A stretch of DNA of 64,000 nucleotides from a virus (Duplodnaviria > Caudoviricetes), in IMG/VR virus record IMGVR_UViG_3300028738_000008; one strand, written 5' to 3'. Shown in pieces: positions 26,810 through 37,183 of this stretch. The position numbers and the translations under genes are program-made. Under the pieces are notes generated by a model, which did no database searches, was not told the DNA's origin, and saw only the letters and a program-made list of their open reading frames with translations. The first letter of the stretch is position 1. Every line of letters begins with the position of its first letter.

Positions 26810-28063
26810 TTAGAACGGTAAGTCCTTGTATTCTTCTTCATCTGAATCTGGTTCGGCATCTGGTTCGTTAGAATCAGCTTCCTGTGTAGTTTCAGTAACT
26901 ACTGGCTCATTTGAGGGAATAACAGAGGTATTAACTTCGGTAGGTTTCTCAGCATCATGCTGTTGAATCAAAGCTGCTGCAACGTCAAGAGAGTTGTCGG
27001 TATATGTTCCGACGTCACTTTTAGTAACATTAGTAATATTTACGTTACTATTGTCTTCAAGGTCAGAAGCATATTCAAAGTTTTCATCCTCTGTATCTGC
27101 ATTAACCTTTCTTGTGTTAGCCAATGCTTCAAGATCAGGATGATTAGGAAATACCCAATGTTTGCTACTTGGGTCAGAATCTTCCCAATATGGACTGTTA
27201 CCTTCAACAATCAATTCTAGGAATTGTAATGCTGTGATAGCTGGCGCATTTTTTGGTTTGAATACTTGTCTCCAAGTGATTGTGTCATCAAGCCATTGCT
27301 GTGCAACGATTGGGTCTTGGTGTAAAGCCGATTTACCCTTTGTTGTGATAGCTGATACAGCTTTGTAGGTTTTGCCTTTGAATTCGCTATCGCCCATAGT
27401 GATAGAGATATCTGTCCCAACGATAGGATCAGCAAAATTGACTTTGTTCTGGTCGTAAAAGTCTTCAAGTGGTGGCATTAATTTGTCGAACACACCCTGA
27501 CGTTTGTAATTGAATTTAAATCTCCAAAACTTAACGCCATCTTTTTCCTGACCTTTGTCTATACCACGAACGATATAGAATTTCTTAGCTTCCCATGAAG
27601 TAGCTTCTTTGTAGATCAAGTCATTGCTTTCTTTAACCTTAAGCTGAGCAGGTGTCATGTTATCCTTTTTTACATACTTGATAGAAGGGTCTTGCTTATC
27701 AGCATATTTCTTAGCTTGCACACATAAAGGACATGGTGCTGGAATCATAACTTGTTTACCATTAAGGTCTTTTACAAGATCGCCATTTTTGTCTACCTTT
27801 GGTACGGGTGGATCATTGTGGGCTGGACAGTAAACAATTGTATTAAATTTTTTGGTGTTGCCAACGGCATTTGTGGTAACCACGTGGAAATACGCTTCGT
27901 CATAGAAGTTCTTACCTTTATAAGGTAGAATACGAAATATTTCTTTAGGTTTTCTGGGAACGAAATACTTGGCTAGTATTTCTTCGGCTGTTTTCTTTTT
28001 GTTTAGATTCTGACTTTTTTGGTAGTCAGCGAACATTGCCTTTAAATCATTTGAGTTTTCCAT
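26810..28063 (-). CDS. single-stranded DNA-binding protein (T4 gp32-like)
   Basis: IFRILP, Zn ligands CPAHND...CPLC, KKFYIVRGID, VKFWRFK, GTDISI; acidic tail ending DLPF. Confidence 0.8.
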   Translation of the reverse strand: MENSNDLKAMFADYQKSQNLNKKKTAEEILAKYFVPRKPKEIFRILPYKGKNFYDEAYFHVVTTNAVGNTKKFNTIVYCPAHNDPPVPKVDKNGDLVKDLNGKQVMIPAPCPLCVQAKKYADKQDPSIKYVKKDNMTPAQLKVKESNDLIYKEATSWEAKKFYIVRGIDKGQEKDGVKFWRFKFNYKRQGVFDKLMPPLEDFYDQNKVNFADPIVGTDISITMGDSEFKGKTYKAVSAITTKGKSALHQDPIVAQQWLDDTITWRQVFKPKNAPAITALQFLELIVEGNSPYWEDSDPSSKHWVFPNHPDLEALANTRKVNADTEDENFEYASDLEDNSNVNITNVTKSDVGTYTDNSLDVAAALIQQHDAEKPTEVNTSVIPSNEPVVTETTQEADSNEPDAEPDSDEEEYKDLPF

Positions 28064-28167
28064 TTTCTGTGTTATTACAATTTATTTATTTATTTCAATT
28101 AATGTTTCAATTCTTGTTCCAGTAATTTGTTTACTTTAACCAAAAAATAAACTTATTTGAATTGATA

Positions 28168-28175
28168 CAAAGGTA
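28168..28175 (-). promoter_or_regulatory. Bacteroidota-type -7 element (TACCTTTG)
   Basis: Upstream of the SSB-RecA-exonuclease run; TTG-containing -33-like sequence further upstream; flanked by a 9-bp inverted repeat (28159-28167 / 28185-28193). Confidence 0.65.
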
Positions 28176-28209
28176 ATGCTTTTTTATCAATTCGCAAGCA
28201 ATTTATTTT

Positions 28210-29565
28210 TTATTTTGCTATAATCCTGAATTTAATAACATCTTTTATAACGCTATTATTTCCAGATATTTGTCTAATTTTCAAATAATAGTCTTGAGGT
28301 ATTAACCATATTGTATTCAAGTCAATAGAGTATTCACTACCGATTTTGTTTACCTTTGTGAATGGCAATATTTCAAGTTGAGCATCTACCCCGATCTGCG
28401 TAAACACGCCGTATTCGTAAATCAGATTACTATTCTTTGCCTTGTAAAGCTCTCTCGATCTTACAGCAATTTTTTTAATGTCTCCCTGAGTAATGACCTC
28501 ATTTTCAAATAAGCCATCAACAGTTACATGGTAGTTATCAAGATTTATATAACTCGTATATAAATACTCAGAAAAAGATTTTAAATAGAATTTATTCAAA
28601 ATTTTATTGCTATTTCCGTTAATATTTACGTCCCATTCATCATGAAAAATAACTGCATCTGGATACGTTGAAGAGCTAATAATAATTGGGATACTAAACA
28701 GTCCCTTTGTTATGGTTGTGACAGTTGCGCCAGAAATGTACTCTATAACATTATTCTCATAGTCATATATTTTTACGCTATTAATAGTTATATCGCTAGG
28801 CACATTTCTAAGGTCTAAAAATAGCTTATTATTCTTATCCAAATAAAAATTGCTTCTATCATCATCGACATCATAAACAAATTGCGTTTCGATATATGGT
28901 TCATAATATGTATTAGTATCCTTAGCATGAAATGCCACTGACTGCATATTTGTGGTCGTACCTGTTTCAATGATTTCGGAATATTTTATGCCTATACCAT
29001 AAAAGTCCTCGATACCATCGATTATTAAATTAATGTATTCTGTGATATCTAAATTAATATCCTCAGTGCCATTATTAAAATCCTGATAGCCTAGAACATC
29101 GCCACTATTGCCGCTAAATGATCCACTGTAATTCCAAGACTCTCCATTTTTTGCATTATTCCAATTACTAACTTCGTCATCTGGTTTCAAGTATTTTAAA
29201 ATGTCGAGATTGAAATTGTATTTAGAACCGTTCGACCAATCCTGTTTTATCTTGAAAAATTCCAATCTAAAGCCAGATGCTCGTTCCATGTTCTCTATAT
29301 ATGTTCCTTTCCCAGCATATTGTGTAGCATTCCTAATTGTATTTGTCATATGTAAAACATGACTAGTAATGTTACTTCTTATGTATGTGCCGCCACTCAT
29401 TGCAGATTGTAAATTTGTAAGGTCAACACTAAATATATATCTGGTAACAATATTATCAAATCCCCCATGAATTAATTCAGTGACAGGGTTTAATGAATTA
29501 TTGGAACTGTTCATGCTTATTAACGTGTTATTCTTATTAAAATATGATCTGAAATTTATAGACAT
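28210..29565 (-). CDS. putative virion structural protein (beta-rich)
   Basis: 451 aa Asn/Ile/Tyr-rich; SYFNKNNTLI..NPVTEL..TRYIFSVD..QDFNNGTEDINLDIT..YYEPYIET. Confidence 0.55.
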   Translation of the reverse strand: MSINFRSYFNKNNTLISMNSSNNSLNPVTELIHGGFDNIVTRYIFSVDLTNLQSAMSGGTYIRSNITSHVLHMTNTIRNATQYAGKGTYIENMERASGFRLEFFKIKQDWSNGSKYNFNLDILKYLKPDDEVSNWNNAKNGESWNYSGSFSGNSGDVLGYQDFNNGTEDINLDITEYINLIIDGIEDFYGIGIKYSEIIETGTTTNMQSVAFHAKDTNTYYEPYIETQFVYDVDDDRSNFYLDKNNKLFLDLRNVPSDITINSVKIYDYENNVIEYISGATVTTITKGLFSIPIIISSSTYPDAVIFHDEWDVNINGNSNKILNKFYLKSFSEYLYTSYINLDNYHVTVDGLFENEVITQGDIKKIAVRSRELYKAKNSNLIYEYGVFTQIGVDAQLEILPFTKVNKIGSEYSIDLNTIWLIPQDYYLKIRQISGNNSVIKDVIKFRIIAK

Positions 29566-29588
29566 TCCTTTTATATTTAATTAAATGC

Positions 29589-30020
29589 TTATTTTAGCGG
29601 AAAGTCACTTCCGAGTTTGTTTGACTTAAATCCTAACAGTACGTCTGTTAATTGATCGTCTTCGGATTTAGGTTCTTCCTCAACCTTATTGGCATCAACC
29701 ATTGCTTGGCATTGTGCCATTTTTTCAGGATTAGCATTTGTGCCATAATATTCAGGGTCTTCGGTTAAATGATCGAAAACAATATCTAATGCTACCATCG
29801 GGTCATCGCTATGTTCCCTTTCAACTTCTAAACCCTTTTTTATCTGTTCCTTACTAAATTTTGATATATTAGCATTATCACCAAGTCCGCCTTGAAGTTC
29901 GTCGCCAACTTCTTCTTTATCGGCAACAACTGAATCAACGTCGTCATTAAATGAAACGTTATTTACCTTACCCATCATTTCGAGCAATAGTTCTTTAGTT
30001 CCTTTATTAATTTTACTCAT
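29589..30020 (-). CDS. DUF5661-like protein
   Basis: LQGGLGD..QIKKGLEVEREH..ALDIVFDHLTEDPEYY; start placed at MSKINK (30020). Confidence 0.65.
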   Translation of the reverse strand: MSKINKGTKELLLEMMGKVNNVSFNDDVDSVVADKEEVGDELQGGLGDNANISKFSKEQIKKGLEVEREHSDDPMVALDIVFDHLTEDPEYYGTNANPEKMAQCQAMVDANKVEEEPKSEDDQLTDVLLGFKSNKLGSDFPLK

Positions 30021-30432
30021 AGATATTGTCATTTATTTTGCCAAAATTCCTTAATAATATGCCTGCCTTGGCATTTGCCTCATTTTCTTCGTCGCTGCCT
30101 GTCTCACCAGACTGTGCGTTTATTTTGCCTTCAAGATTCTGTTTATGATGAACTAATTCATGACCTAGAGTCCTCAATATATCTGCAAGATTTCTGTTTG
30201 CGCCAATGATATCAATTATCATATCGTTTGGGACATAACCGCCGAACGATTTTGATTTCTTAGCCTCGTCATCATTATATGAAATATTAATCTTAGGTAT
30301 ATTTCCGCCTAGATTAAGTTCAGTGTCGGCAAAGGTAATAAATTGTTTTATTATTTCGTCTCTTTTATCCTGATCATTATCCAAACTAATATGATTAACC
30401 TTTTCGAATATTTCAAACAGTTTATTCTTCAT
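30013..30432 (-). CDS. zincin-like metallopeptidase
   Basis: SFGGY..NRNLADILRTLGHELVHHKQ..EENEANAKAG (HExxH plus downstream Glu). Confidence 0.7.
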   Translation of the reverse strand: MKNKLFEIFEKVNHISLDNDQDKRDEIIKQFITFADTELNLGGNIPKINISYNDDEAKKSKSFGGYVPNDMIIDIIGANRNLADILRTLGHELVHHKQNLEGKINAQSGETGSDEENEANAKAGILLRNFGKINDNIYE

Positions 30433-30433
30433 G

Positions 30434-31123
30434 TTATGTTAGTCTATTAAAACTATCCTTTATATCATCGTTCTCAGGTAAATCATCGAAATTTGCAACA
30501 TATGTGCCATCTTCCAATTGTTTAATACCCTTGTCCTGATTATTTTTATCAAACCATGAATCCGACCAGAAATCGTTAAGATTGAAGTAATATGGATATG
30601 AAACTTTTGACTTGCTCATTAATTTCTCCGAATTCGTAGGCTCTCTGACTTCGGCAACGTCGGTATCAAGCACATTCAGCTTTCCAGTAATCTTACTAAC
30701 CTCATTATTTAAGCTTTCCATTTGATCATGAATAGCCTTCATTGCAATGATGTTGCTTTTGATAACCTCATTCTGCAAACTATTAATATCAGGTTCAGGC
30801 TCAGCCATTGGAGCATCAACTGGTGGCATTCCACCCATGTCAGGTTCTATCTGGTCTTCTGGTGCGACTTGTTCTGGTTCAGGCTCTACCTGATCCTCTG
30901 GAGCAACCTGTTCTGGTTCTTCAATCGGCGGAACATTTGCATTTGGTTTTAAACCTTTTTGTGCTTCGTCGCCTTCCTCATTCGATTCCTCATATAATTC
31001 ATCTGGAAAATTGTCAAAGTCGTCGTCTTCACCCATTACTGCCGTATATTTGGGTGATTCGTTTACAACATAAGTCATCTTGTGGATAATTTTATCCAAA
31101 TTAATAATATTTTCTTTTTTCAT
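30434..31123 (-). CDS. acidic Pro/Glu-rich hypothetical protein (possible head/scaffold component)
   Basis: 229 aa; short tandem repeat PEQVAPEDQ x2, followed by a coiled coil. Confidence 0.75.
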   Translation of the reverse strand: MKKENIINLDKIIHKMTYVVNESPKYTAVMGEDDDFDNFPDELYEESNEEGDEAQKGLKPNANVPPIEEPEQVAPEDQVEPEPEQVAPEDQIEPDMGGMPPVDAPMAEPEPDINSLQNEVIKSNIIAMKAIHDQMESLNNEVSKITGKLNVLDTDVAEVREPTNSEKLMSKSKVSYPYYFNLNDFWSDSWFDKNNQDKGIKQLEDGTYVANFDDLPENDDIKDSFNRLT

Positions 31124-31133
31124 ATCTCGAATA

Positions 31134-31328
31134 TTAATATTGTTCTCTCTCTTGTTCTCTCAATAATTGACGTCCGTCTTCTGTAACGAAAACCTTATCA
31201 ACTCTTTCGATAAGCGAATGGTTTTGAAGTACTACTTCTTTCCTTTTCTTTCCGTTCTTTTCAGAGCTAGTCAACATGCTGTCGCCTCCCATGAAGTCGT
31301 CTAAAGCATTTTCTAAATTGTTGTCCAT
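31134..31328 (-). CDS. small hypothetical late protein
   Basis: 64 aa directly after GTATTTATAT. Confidence 0.7.
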   Translation of the reverse strand: MDNNLENALDDFMGGDSMLTSSEKNGKKRKEVVLQNHSLIERVDKVFVTEDGRQLLREQEREQY

Positions 31329-31342
31329 AGCATTATATTTTT

Positions 31343-31352
31343 ATATAAATAC
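31343..31352 (-). promoter_or_regulatory. putative late promoter GTATTTATAT
   Basis: Exact motif 14 nt upstream of the ATG. Confidence 0.65.
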
Positions 31353-31362
31353 TATCAGATAT

Positions 31363-31992
31363 TTATTTAGCAATCATGGTAACAACAAATCTTTTAAGTG
31401 ATTCGAATCTATCATAGATTTTATAATACTTCATGTATTCGTCGCCATTAAGATCGTCGATATAATTGGGGCATCTGGATGATAATTCTTTAAAGAAAAT
31501 TTCCTGATCAAAGTTTAGAAACTTGATCAATCTTAAATTAATACCTATTATCTCATTATCATGTAATAGGTAAATACACTCATTTTTATACTTGTAAATC
31601 CTATCAATACTTTTTGGGAGAACATCGAGAAAATCAATCGATGTTCTTATATTTAGGAACGTCGGGTCAATATTAACATAATTATATCTTGATCGAAAAT
31701 ATAGATCGGGTGCTTTCGCAACAAAGCTATAAACGCCAATAATATTTAAAGACTTATACTCATTAAAGGAAAATTCCCAATACAATTTATTGGGAATAAT
31801 ACACTTAGTCAGAATATCTGCATCCATGATCTTTTCATTATTATTACATGATTTCATAAAACGCCACCCCACATATAATGTGGGAAGCGTATTATCAATT
31901 TCATTGTAGTTTACAGATTTATTAATATAATTAATATAATCCGATTCGATGTGGTTTACCAATTCTTCGTATACCACGTTTGCGATTTTCAT
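31363..31992 (-). CDS. hypothetical protein
   Basis: 209 aa ORF. Confidence 0.75.
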   Translation of the reverse strand: MKIANVVYEELVNHIESDYINYINKSVNYNEIDNTLPTLYVGWRFMKSCNNNEKIMDADILTKCIIPNKLYWEFSFNEYKSLNIIGVYSFVAKAPDLYFRSRYNYVNIDPTFLNIRTSIDFLDVLPKSIDRIYKYKNECIYLLHDNEIIGINLRLIKFLNFDQEIFFKELSSRCPNYIDDLNGDEYMKYYKIYDRFESLKRFVVTMIAK

Positions 31993-32002
31993 CTATGTTT
32001 TT

Positions 32003-33499
32003 TTATTGATTAATAAATGTATCCAGTATCAGCTTATTTTTTTCGTAAAATGGCATCAATTGATTGAAATAGTCTTTATTAAGATTCTTAAGCTTGTTTT
32101 CGCTCTTATTTCTCGTGATAGATTCCAAATGATAAGCAACCGCATCGTTTACGGTAACATTTTTCTTATCATTTAATAGACAGGTAAAATTCAACTCAAC
32201 GTCTTCAAAACATTCAATATAATTCTCATTAAACTGCCCCAGAACTGTAAACAGATTTTTGTTTATCATCAAAAATGCGCCTGTATTACCAATGGAATTG
32301 TAGTTGACGTGTATCGAATAATCGTTGGTCTTTTTCAAGTCAACATGCGATAAATGTAATTTGTTGTCTGTAATATGCGCCTCAATTCCACAGTGCTGTA
32401 CCGAAGAATTTTCGTAATGTAGTCTTATACCAATTGTGCCTATATTAAGCCTATCGCTTCTGTATATCTCAACACATCGGCTTAAAGCATCATTCATCAA
32501 CTCAATATCGTCATTACAAAAAAGAACTATTTCAGTATCAGCATTAACGTGGTTATTAACCACATCATTGTTGATTTTTGCAAAGTTATAATAATCGTAT
32601 TTAACAACGCTAACTTTATCTGATAATAGTTGATCATATTTAGCTAAAACATCTGAATCGCTACCTGTATCGGCAATGATAATATTATAGTTTTTATATT
32701 TAACATATTCATTCCAAGATGTTATATTATCTAACAATATATCGAAATTGTTTTTTGTTGGTATGATTACCGTTACCTTTGGGTCGTTTCCTTTTGGAAC
32801 GATCTTAATTTCGTCGCAAATAGGCGGAATCGACATTGGCAAGTATTCCTTATATTTCTCGACGAATAACTGTCTATTACGTTCCCAATCGGGACTTGTC
32901 TGTCCGACTGATTTATGCAGTATTCTGATCGTCGTGATAACACCAATATTAACGCCGTCCAAATAATTGTCCAAACTAAATGAAATATCATAAAAATGAA
33001 AGCCATCAAATTCTTCATTGAAGTTCGACACTAAATCAGGGTCTGCCGCCATAAATACGCCATCAACAATTACAACTTCCTTAATGTCTTTAATTGGTGC
33101 TGAAAAATTACTAACCCATGTATTAATATCGTCAGTGTGTTCGACGATACCAAACATCGTATTTTTCGCTTCCCACCATATTGCGGACTCTGAAATACTG
33201 GTTGTGCCAGCTAATCCAATTATACCATAATTATGACTGTTGAATTTGGCAAGCAATATTCTACCCCAATTCATTGTTTTGAAAATGATATCATTATGTA
33301 TAAAACAAAATATGGCATTAGTAGAATTGGTCTCAGCTAATGCCCTATTATATAGTGACGTTAATGAATATTCATTGTTATTCTCATAACAAATTATTTC
33401 ACATTTTGCACCTATAGTACTTCGTATATGTAGGTCAAATGCCTTATTATCAATGTCACTATTTTGTGACGAATACACTACTATAATTCTATTTTTCAT
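32003..33499 (-). CDS. two-domain GT-A (GT2-like) glycosyltransferase
   Basis: N-domain SLYNRAL..FCFIHNDI..VVIVDGVFMA..FHFYDISFSL; C-domain VTVIIPTKN..IIADTGS..NFAKINN..LFCNDDI..GNTGAFLMI..FEDVELN. Confidence 0.85.
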   Translation of the reverse strand: MKNRIIVVYSSQNSDIDNKAFDLHIRSTIGAKCEIICYENNNEYSLTSLYNRALAETNSTNAIFCFIHNDIIFKTMNWGRILLAKFNSHNYGIIGLAGTTSISESAIWWEAKNTMFGIVEHTDDINTWVSNFSAPIKDIKEVVIVDGVFMAADPDLVSNFNEEFDGFHFYDISFSLDNYLDGVNIGVITTIRILHKSVGQTSPDWERNRQLFVEKYKEYLPMSIPPICDEIKIVPKGNDPKVTVIIPTKNNFDILLDNITSWNEYVKYKNYNIIIADTGSDSDVLAKYDQLLSDKVSVVKYDYYNFAKINNDVVNNHVNADTEIVLFCNDDIELMNDALSRCVEIYRSDRLNIGTIGIRLHYENSSVQHCGIEAHITDNKLHLSHVDLKKTNDYSIHVNYNSIGNTGAFLMINKNLFTVLGQFNENYIECFEDVELNFTCLLNDKKNVTVNDAVAYHLESITRNKSENKLKNLNKDYFNQLMPFYEKNKLILDTFINQ

Positions 33500-33518
33500 A
33501 TTACAACTATTGGAAATA

Positions 33519-33526
33519 CAAAATTA
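33519..33526 (-). promoter_or_regulatory. Bacteroidota-type -7 element (TAATTTTG)
   Basis: Intergenic, upstream of the GT2 gene. Confidence 0.5.
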
Positions 33527-33555
33527 GAATAATTTATTGTAACGAACAAGTAAAT

Positions 33556-33864
33556 TTAGGCATTATTAATAATAAACTGTTCGTAATCGCTTTTAGCCTT
33601 TGCAAATGGAAATGGAATTCTGATCAATTCGCCATCTGGTATATCATATTCGCTTGCAAATAAAGGATTTGCATATAGTATGAGGAAATCGTAAAAAGGA
33701 TTGCCGTAATATTTCTGAGCAAGTTTATCGTATCTATTAATCATGGGATTCCAATATTCATACTTGTCAGTCGAATTCTTTGGCATTGTGACGAAAGGCA
33801 ACATTTCAGTCACCTCATTCACAACATTTAATAAAGCATATCTATCGTAATCTTGTCTACTCAT
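33556..33864 (-). CDS. LysM-like baseplate protein (gp53 / tail X-like)
   Basis: RYDKLAQKYYGNPFYDFLILYANP..IPDGELIRIP. Confidence 0.7.
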   Translation of the reverse strand: MSRQDYDRYALLNVVNEVTEMLPFVTMPKNSTDKYEYWNPMINRYDKLAQKYYGNPFYDFLILYANPLFASEYDIPDGELIRIPFPFAKAKSDYEQFIINNA

Positions 33865-36800
33865 TATTTCAATTTATTATCAAGAGGTGTGTTTATTTTT
33901 GATGACGCAACTAATTGACCATTCTTGCTCGCCATAGGTTTTATACTATATTGATCATGTTCAACTTGTGACGGCTTTATGTAAATATCTTTATCGGTGA
34001 ACGTTGAATTTGCATAGTAATTCATAGATAAAGCATTTTGTAGTACATCGATAGGCCCTTTTAATGATTGACCACCAATGATTTTAATTTGTAGTGTGAC
34101 CTTACACATTAAATATTGCATACCCATTCCTTCTGGATTCATATCCCAAGGCATATCATTATAGTCAATTGTTAAATTCTCTGGAATTATTTTACTGTTA
34201 ATAAAATCACCAAGTCTTAAAATAAGAATAGGCTGTCTTCCGAATATAGAATTTCTGATATCATTACCAGATTGTGTGTGCTGCGGTTCTCCCTGTCTCA
34301 TACATTGCTGTAAGAATGTTAATCGTCTATGAAAATCTTCTGGTGTCTGAGAATGAAAGCAAGGGCTATAATAATTATCGCTAATAGTTTTTGATCCAGT
34401 TGATATTTTACCATCTGTTCTATTTTCGACAGGCTTTCTTTCAGTATACACTTTTGAATATTTGTCATCGGCAGTGCTTTTTTTATTTTGAAGAAGAACA
34501 TATCGATCTAAATCGGCTTGCAATATTGCTAAACGTCTTTTTTCGTCTGAATTTAATGTTCGTGTCTTACGTGGCTCAGTAATAGCATTCTTTATTAAAG
34601 TTACCACAACCTGTCTTTCCAATTTAGCACCAAGCTCATTAATTGTGGCTGGTGTGTTATATAGATCATCTACAATACCTTTAGCATTTAGTTTATAAGT
34701 TACTTTAGCATCTGTTCCGAATAAAGCCAACATTCTAGCATCTATAAATGCTTTGGCTGCATCGACCCTTCTCTGGCTTAATGCTTTATTATATATTAAG
34801 CCTTCTTTAGCTAAATATAAAGCCGTTGTTGTGCCTACCAAATTAATGCTATAGTATTTACGATTTTCAACATTTGAAAAATTGTTAATCAGAAACGTGT
34901 TTAAAGCACATGAGCCTGTAAAACTATACATATTATCGTATAGTTTTGTATTCATAAAGCCACCACTTTCATAATTAGGGACAATACCACTAACATCATA
35001 TATACCTGTATTAAGTCCATCACTACCATTTTCATCAGCAGTATTCATTCCTTGAAATACCTCGTAACCCTTTGTGTACATGTCTTGAAATACAGACTGA
35101 ACATTACCTGTATTTGGGTAATTATTCATAAAGGACATTGATATAGTATCCGTAGATGAAATCTCTGGTGGATACTGTATAGGAAGTTTAAAGGAATCTA
35201 TTTCGAGTTGTAACTCATTAATTTTTGCCTGATAGTCTTTTTGTATAACGGAATCTGGATTTGTGTCATTCATTCCAAATGCAAAAAATTCGGCAATTGC
35301 TTTATGCTTATCAGCACCTCTAAATTTTTTATCGTTTAGTTGCTGTGGATAATCGACCAATAATGTAAATGTGAGAGTTCCACTTCTTTCAGAACCTGTG
35401 TATGAATATATTGGTTCATTTCTACCAAGCATTTGCGTTGACACGAATTTTGAAGCAGTCGTTTCATTAAACTGAATATCATAAGGCGGAAACCACATAA
35501 GTCTGCCATAGTATGGATACGAACCTATTTCAGATTTTGGAATCCAGCTACCGTCTTCGCATAATCCGCTTTCGGGTATTACCTTATATGCCAAATTCTC
35601 CAATGAAAACATTAAATTCTTATTATTTACAGATCCGTCATCGTCATTTATTGGATGAATCTTTGGCATAACCGTTTTATAGATGGTTGAATTAGGATTT
35701 CCGTTATATTTAACATTACCATTATAACGGATAGCTTTTGCATATCGATCATATTGGTCAAGCATCGTATGCTGTCTTAAACCAGATGAAACACCTATAA
35801 TTGAATCGGATGATGATTCATATACTCCTGATCCATTAAACATAGATTTACCCTTATTATCTACAAATATTTTACGATTAATATTAATTATATCTCCATT
35901 GGCAACATTCATTAAATTTTTAGTGTAATCCAATAAGCCTGTTTGAACACCAAAGTCACCGAGATAGCCTTTAGAGGTGTTATCATCACCCCATACAATT
36001 GAAGTATTCTTATTGAAGCCATCATCAGTGTTAATCCAAGGGTTTATACCCTCATTATCAGGTATAGTCTTAATAGTGTCTCCAAAATATTCTATTTTTT
36101 CACCATATTCATGACTAACATTTTTATCCCTCTCATTATTAACTGCTTCAAGACCAGTATTAATACTTGCCTCAATAGCAGAATTTGTTTGAAAACTTGG
36201 ATACCTGTTGAAATACTTATCCGAAAAATTATATTGATTATGCTTTGCTAGCTGTGTTTTAGTATTTTCGTCTTTAGCGTTTTGAAATAATTTATCATTT
36301 ATATAAATGTTCTTATTCAAATTTTTATAAAGCAAATTAATTTGCCCTGAGCCTGTATTGGCTATATAATCGTCTAATGTTGAAGATTTACTGAACGGAC
36401 TTTCTTTAACAGAATAAGAACCTGTTAAATCATTAACAAAATTTATAAAACTAGAAGGACTTTCTTTCTTTGTAATACTATAATTGAATTTCTTGGTGAC
36501 GAATTTAGTGTCCTTATTTCCGTCAAATAAATTCATTACACTGATCTTTGGAATTTCCTTTAATACCATTAAAGAAGCATTTGCTTGAAAGTTATATGCA
36601 AGCTGTTTGCCGAGCATAGCTAGTCCTATTTCGACGATTGGAGTCTTAGTTGATATAAGTCTTCCAATTACAGTATTGGATAGGTCAAATGAGCTGTAAG
36701 GCATTAATGTGCTTACTACACTGTCTATTGAATTAACTATTTTGGTTATGCTTGAAGCATTATCTAATGGATATTGATTGTTAGGGGAATACAGACTTCT

Positions 36801-36869
36801 TGTTTGAAGTGTAGTTCTTAATTCCTCTGTTGAAGTCAATAACCTTGATTTATTTAAATCATTTTCCAT
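33864..36869 (-). CDS. large baseplate hub / tube-initiator-like protein with OmpA-like insert
   Basis: 1001 aa; PPYDIQFNET..LGRNEPIYSYTGSERSGTLTF and GRQPILILRLGDF..LTIDY..WDMN halves (gp48/gp54-like); NKALSQRRVDAAKAFI is OmpA-like. Confidence 0.6.
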   Translation of the reverse strand: MENDLNKSRLLTSTEELRTTLQTRSLYSPNNQYPLDNASSITKIVNSIDSVVSTLMPYSSFDLSNTVIGRLISTKTPIVEIGLAMLGKQLAYNFQANASLMVLKEIPKISVMNLFDGNKDTKFVTKKFNYSITKKESPSSFINFVNDLTGSYSVKESPFSKSSTLDDYIANTGSGQINLLYKNLNKNIYINDKLFQNAKDENTKTQLAKHNQYNFSDKYFNRYPSFQTNSAIEASINTGLEAVNNERDKNVSHEYGEKIEYFGDTIKTIPDNEGINPWINTDDGFNKNTSIVWGDDNTSKGYLGDFGVQTGLLDYTKNLMNVANGDIININRKIFVDNKGKSMFNGSGVYESSSDSIIGVSSGLRQHTMLDQYDRYAKAIRYNGNVKYNGNPNSTIYKTVMPKIHPINDDDGSVNNKNLMFSLENLAYKVIPESGLCEDGSWIPKSEIGSYPYYGRLMWFPPYDIQFNETTASKFVSTQMLGRNEPIYSYTGSERSGTLTFTLLVDYPQQLNDKKFRGADKHKAIAEFFAFGMNDTNPDSVIQKDYQAKINELQLEIDSFKLPIQYPPEISSTDTISMSFMNNYPNTGNVQSVFQDMYTKGYEVFQGMNTADENGSDGLNTGIYDVSGIVPNYESGGFMNTKLYDNMYSFTGSCALNTFLINNFSNVENRKYYSINLVGTTTALYLAKEGLIYNKALSQRRVDAAKAFIDARMLALFGTDAKVTYKLNAKGIVDDLYNTPATINELGAKLERQVVVTLIKNAITEPRKTRTLNSDEKRRLAILQADLDRYVLLQNKKSTADDKYSKVYTERKPVENRTDGKISTGSKTISDNYYSPCFHSQTPEDFHRRLTFLQQCMRQGEPQHTQSGNDIRNSIFGRQPILILRLGDFINSKIIPENLTIDYNDMPWDMNPEGMGMQYLMCKVTLQIKIIGGQSLKGPIDVLQNALSMNYYANSTFTDKDIYIKPSQVEHDQYSIKPMASKNGQLVASSKINTPLDNKLK

Positions 36870-36883
36870 TAATCATTTATTTT

Positions 36884-36893
36884 ATATAAATAC
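36884..36893 (-). promoter_or_regulatory. putative late promoter GTATTTATAT
   Basis: Exact motif 14 nt upstream of the ATG. Confidence 0.65.
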
Positions 36894-37101
36894 TAATTGA
36901 AAATTATTTCAACCCAATTGAAATCATTGTTTCGGAGAAACAGATGATGACATAACTAACCCAACATTTAAATGTTTCTTTTTAATTTGAAAAGTTAAAA
37001 AAACAAATATTTGGAAGTTTGTTTTCACGGTTGAAAATCTGAAAAAGAGGATTTTGTTTTTTCGTTTGTCTTATCGATGAGGATAAAAATGAAAGACTCG
37101 G

Positions 37102-37109
37102 CAAAGTTA
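37102..37109 (-). promoter_or_regulatory. Bacteroidota-type -7 element (TAACTTTG) with no downstream ORF
   Basis: Exact TAnnTTTG followed by about 200 nt without a sizeable ORF. Confidence 0.5.
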
Positions 37110-37183
37110 CAAAGAATTTTTGACATTATCATCATAAATTTTTCAAATATTATATAATTATTTTCAAGCATCAATAAATAAAC

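Noticed and set aside
30434-31123. PEQVAPEDQ tandem repeat as a mobile or contingency repeat
   Set aside because: Only two copies inside a low-complexity acidic linker; ordinary local duplication.
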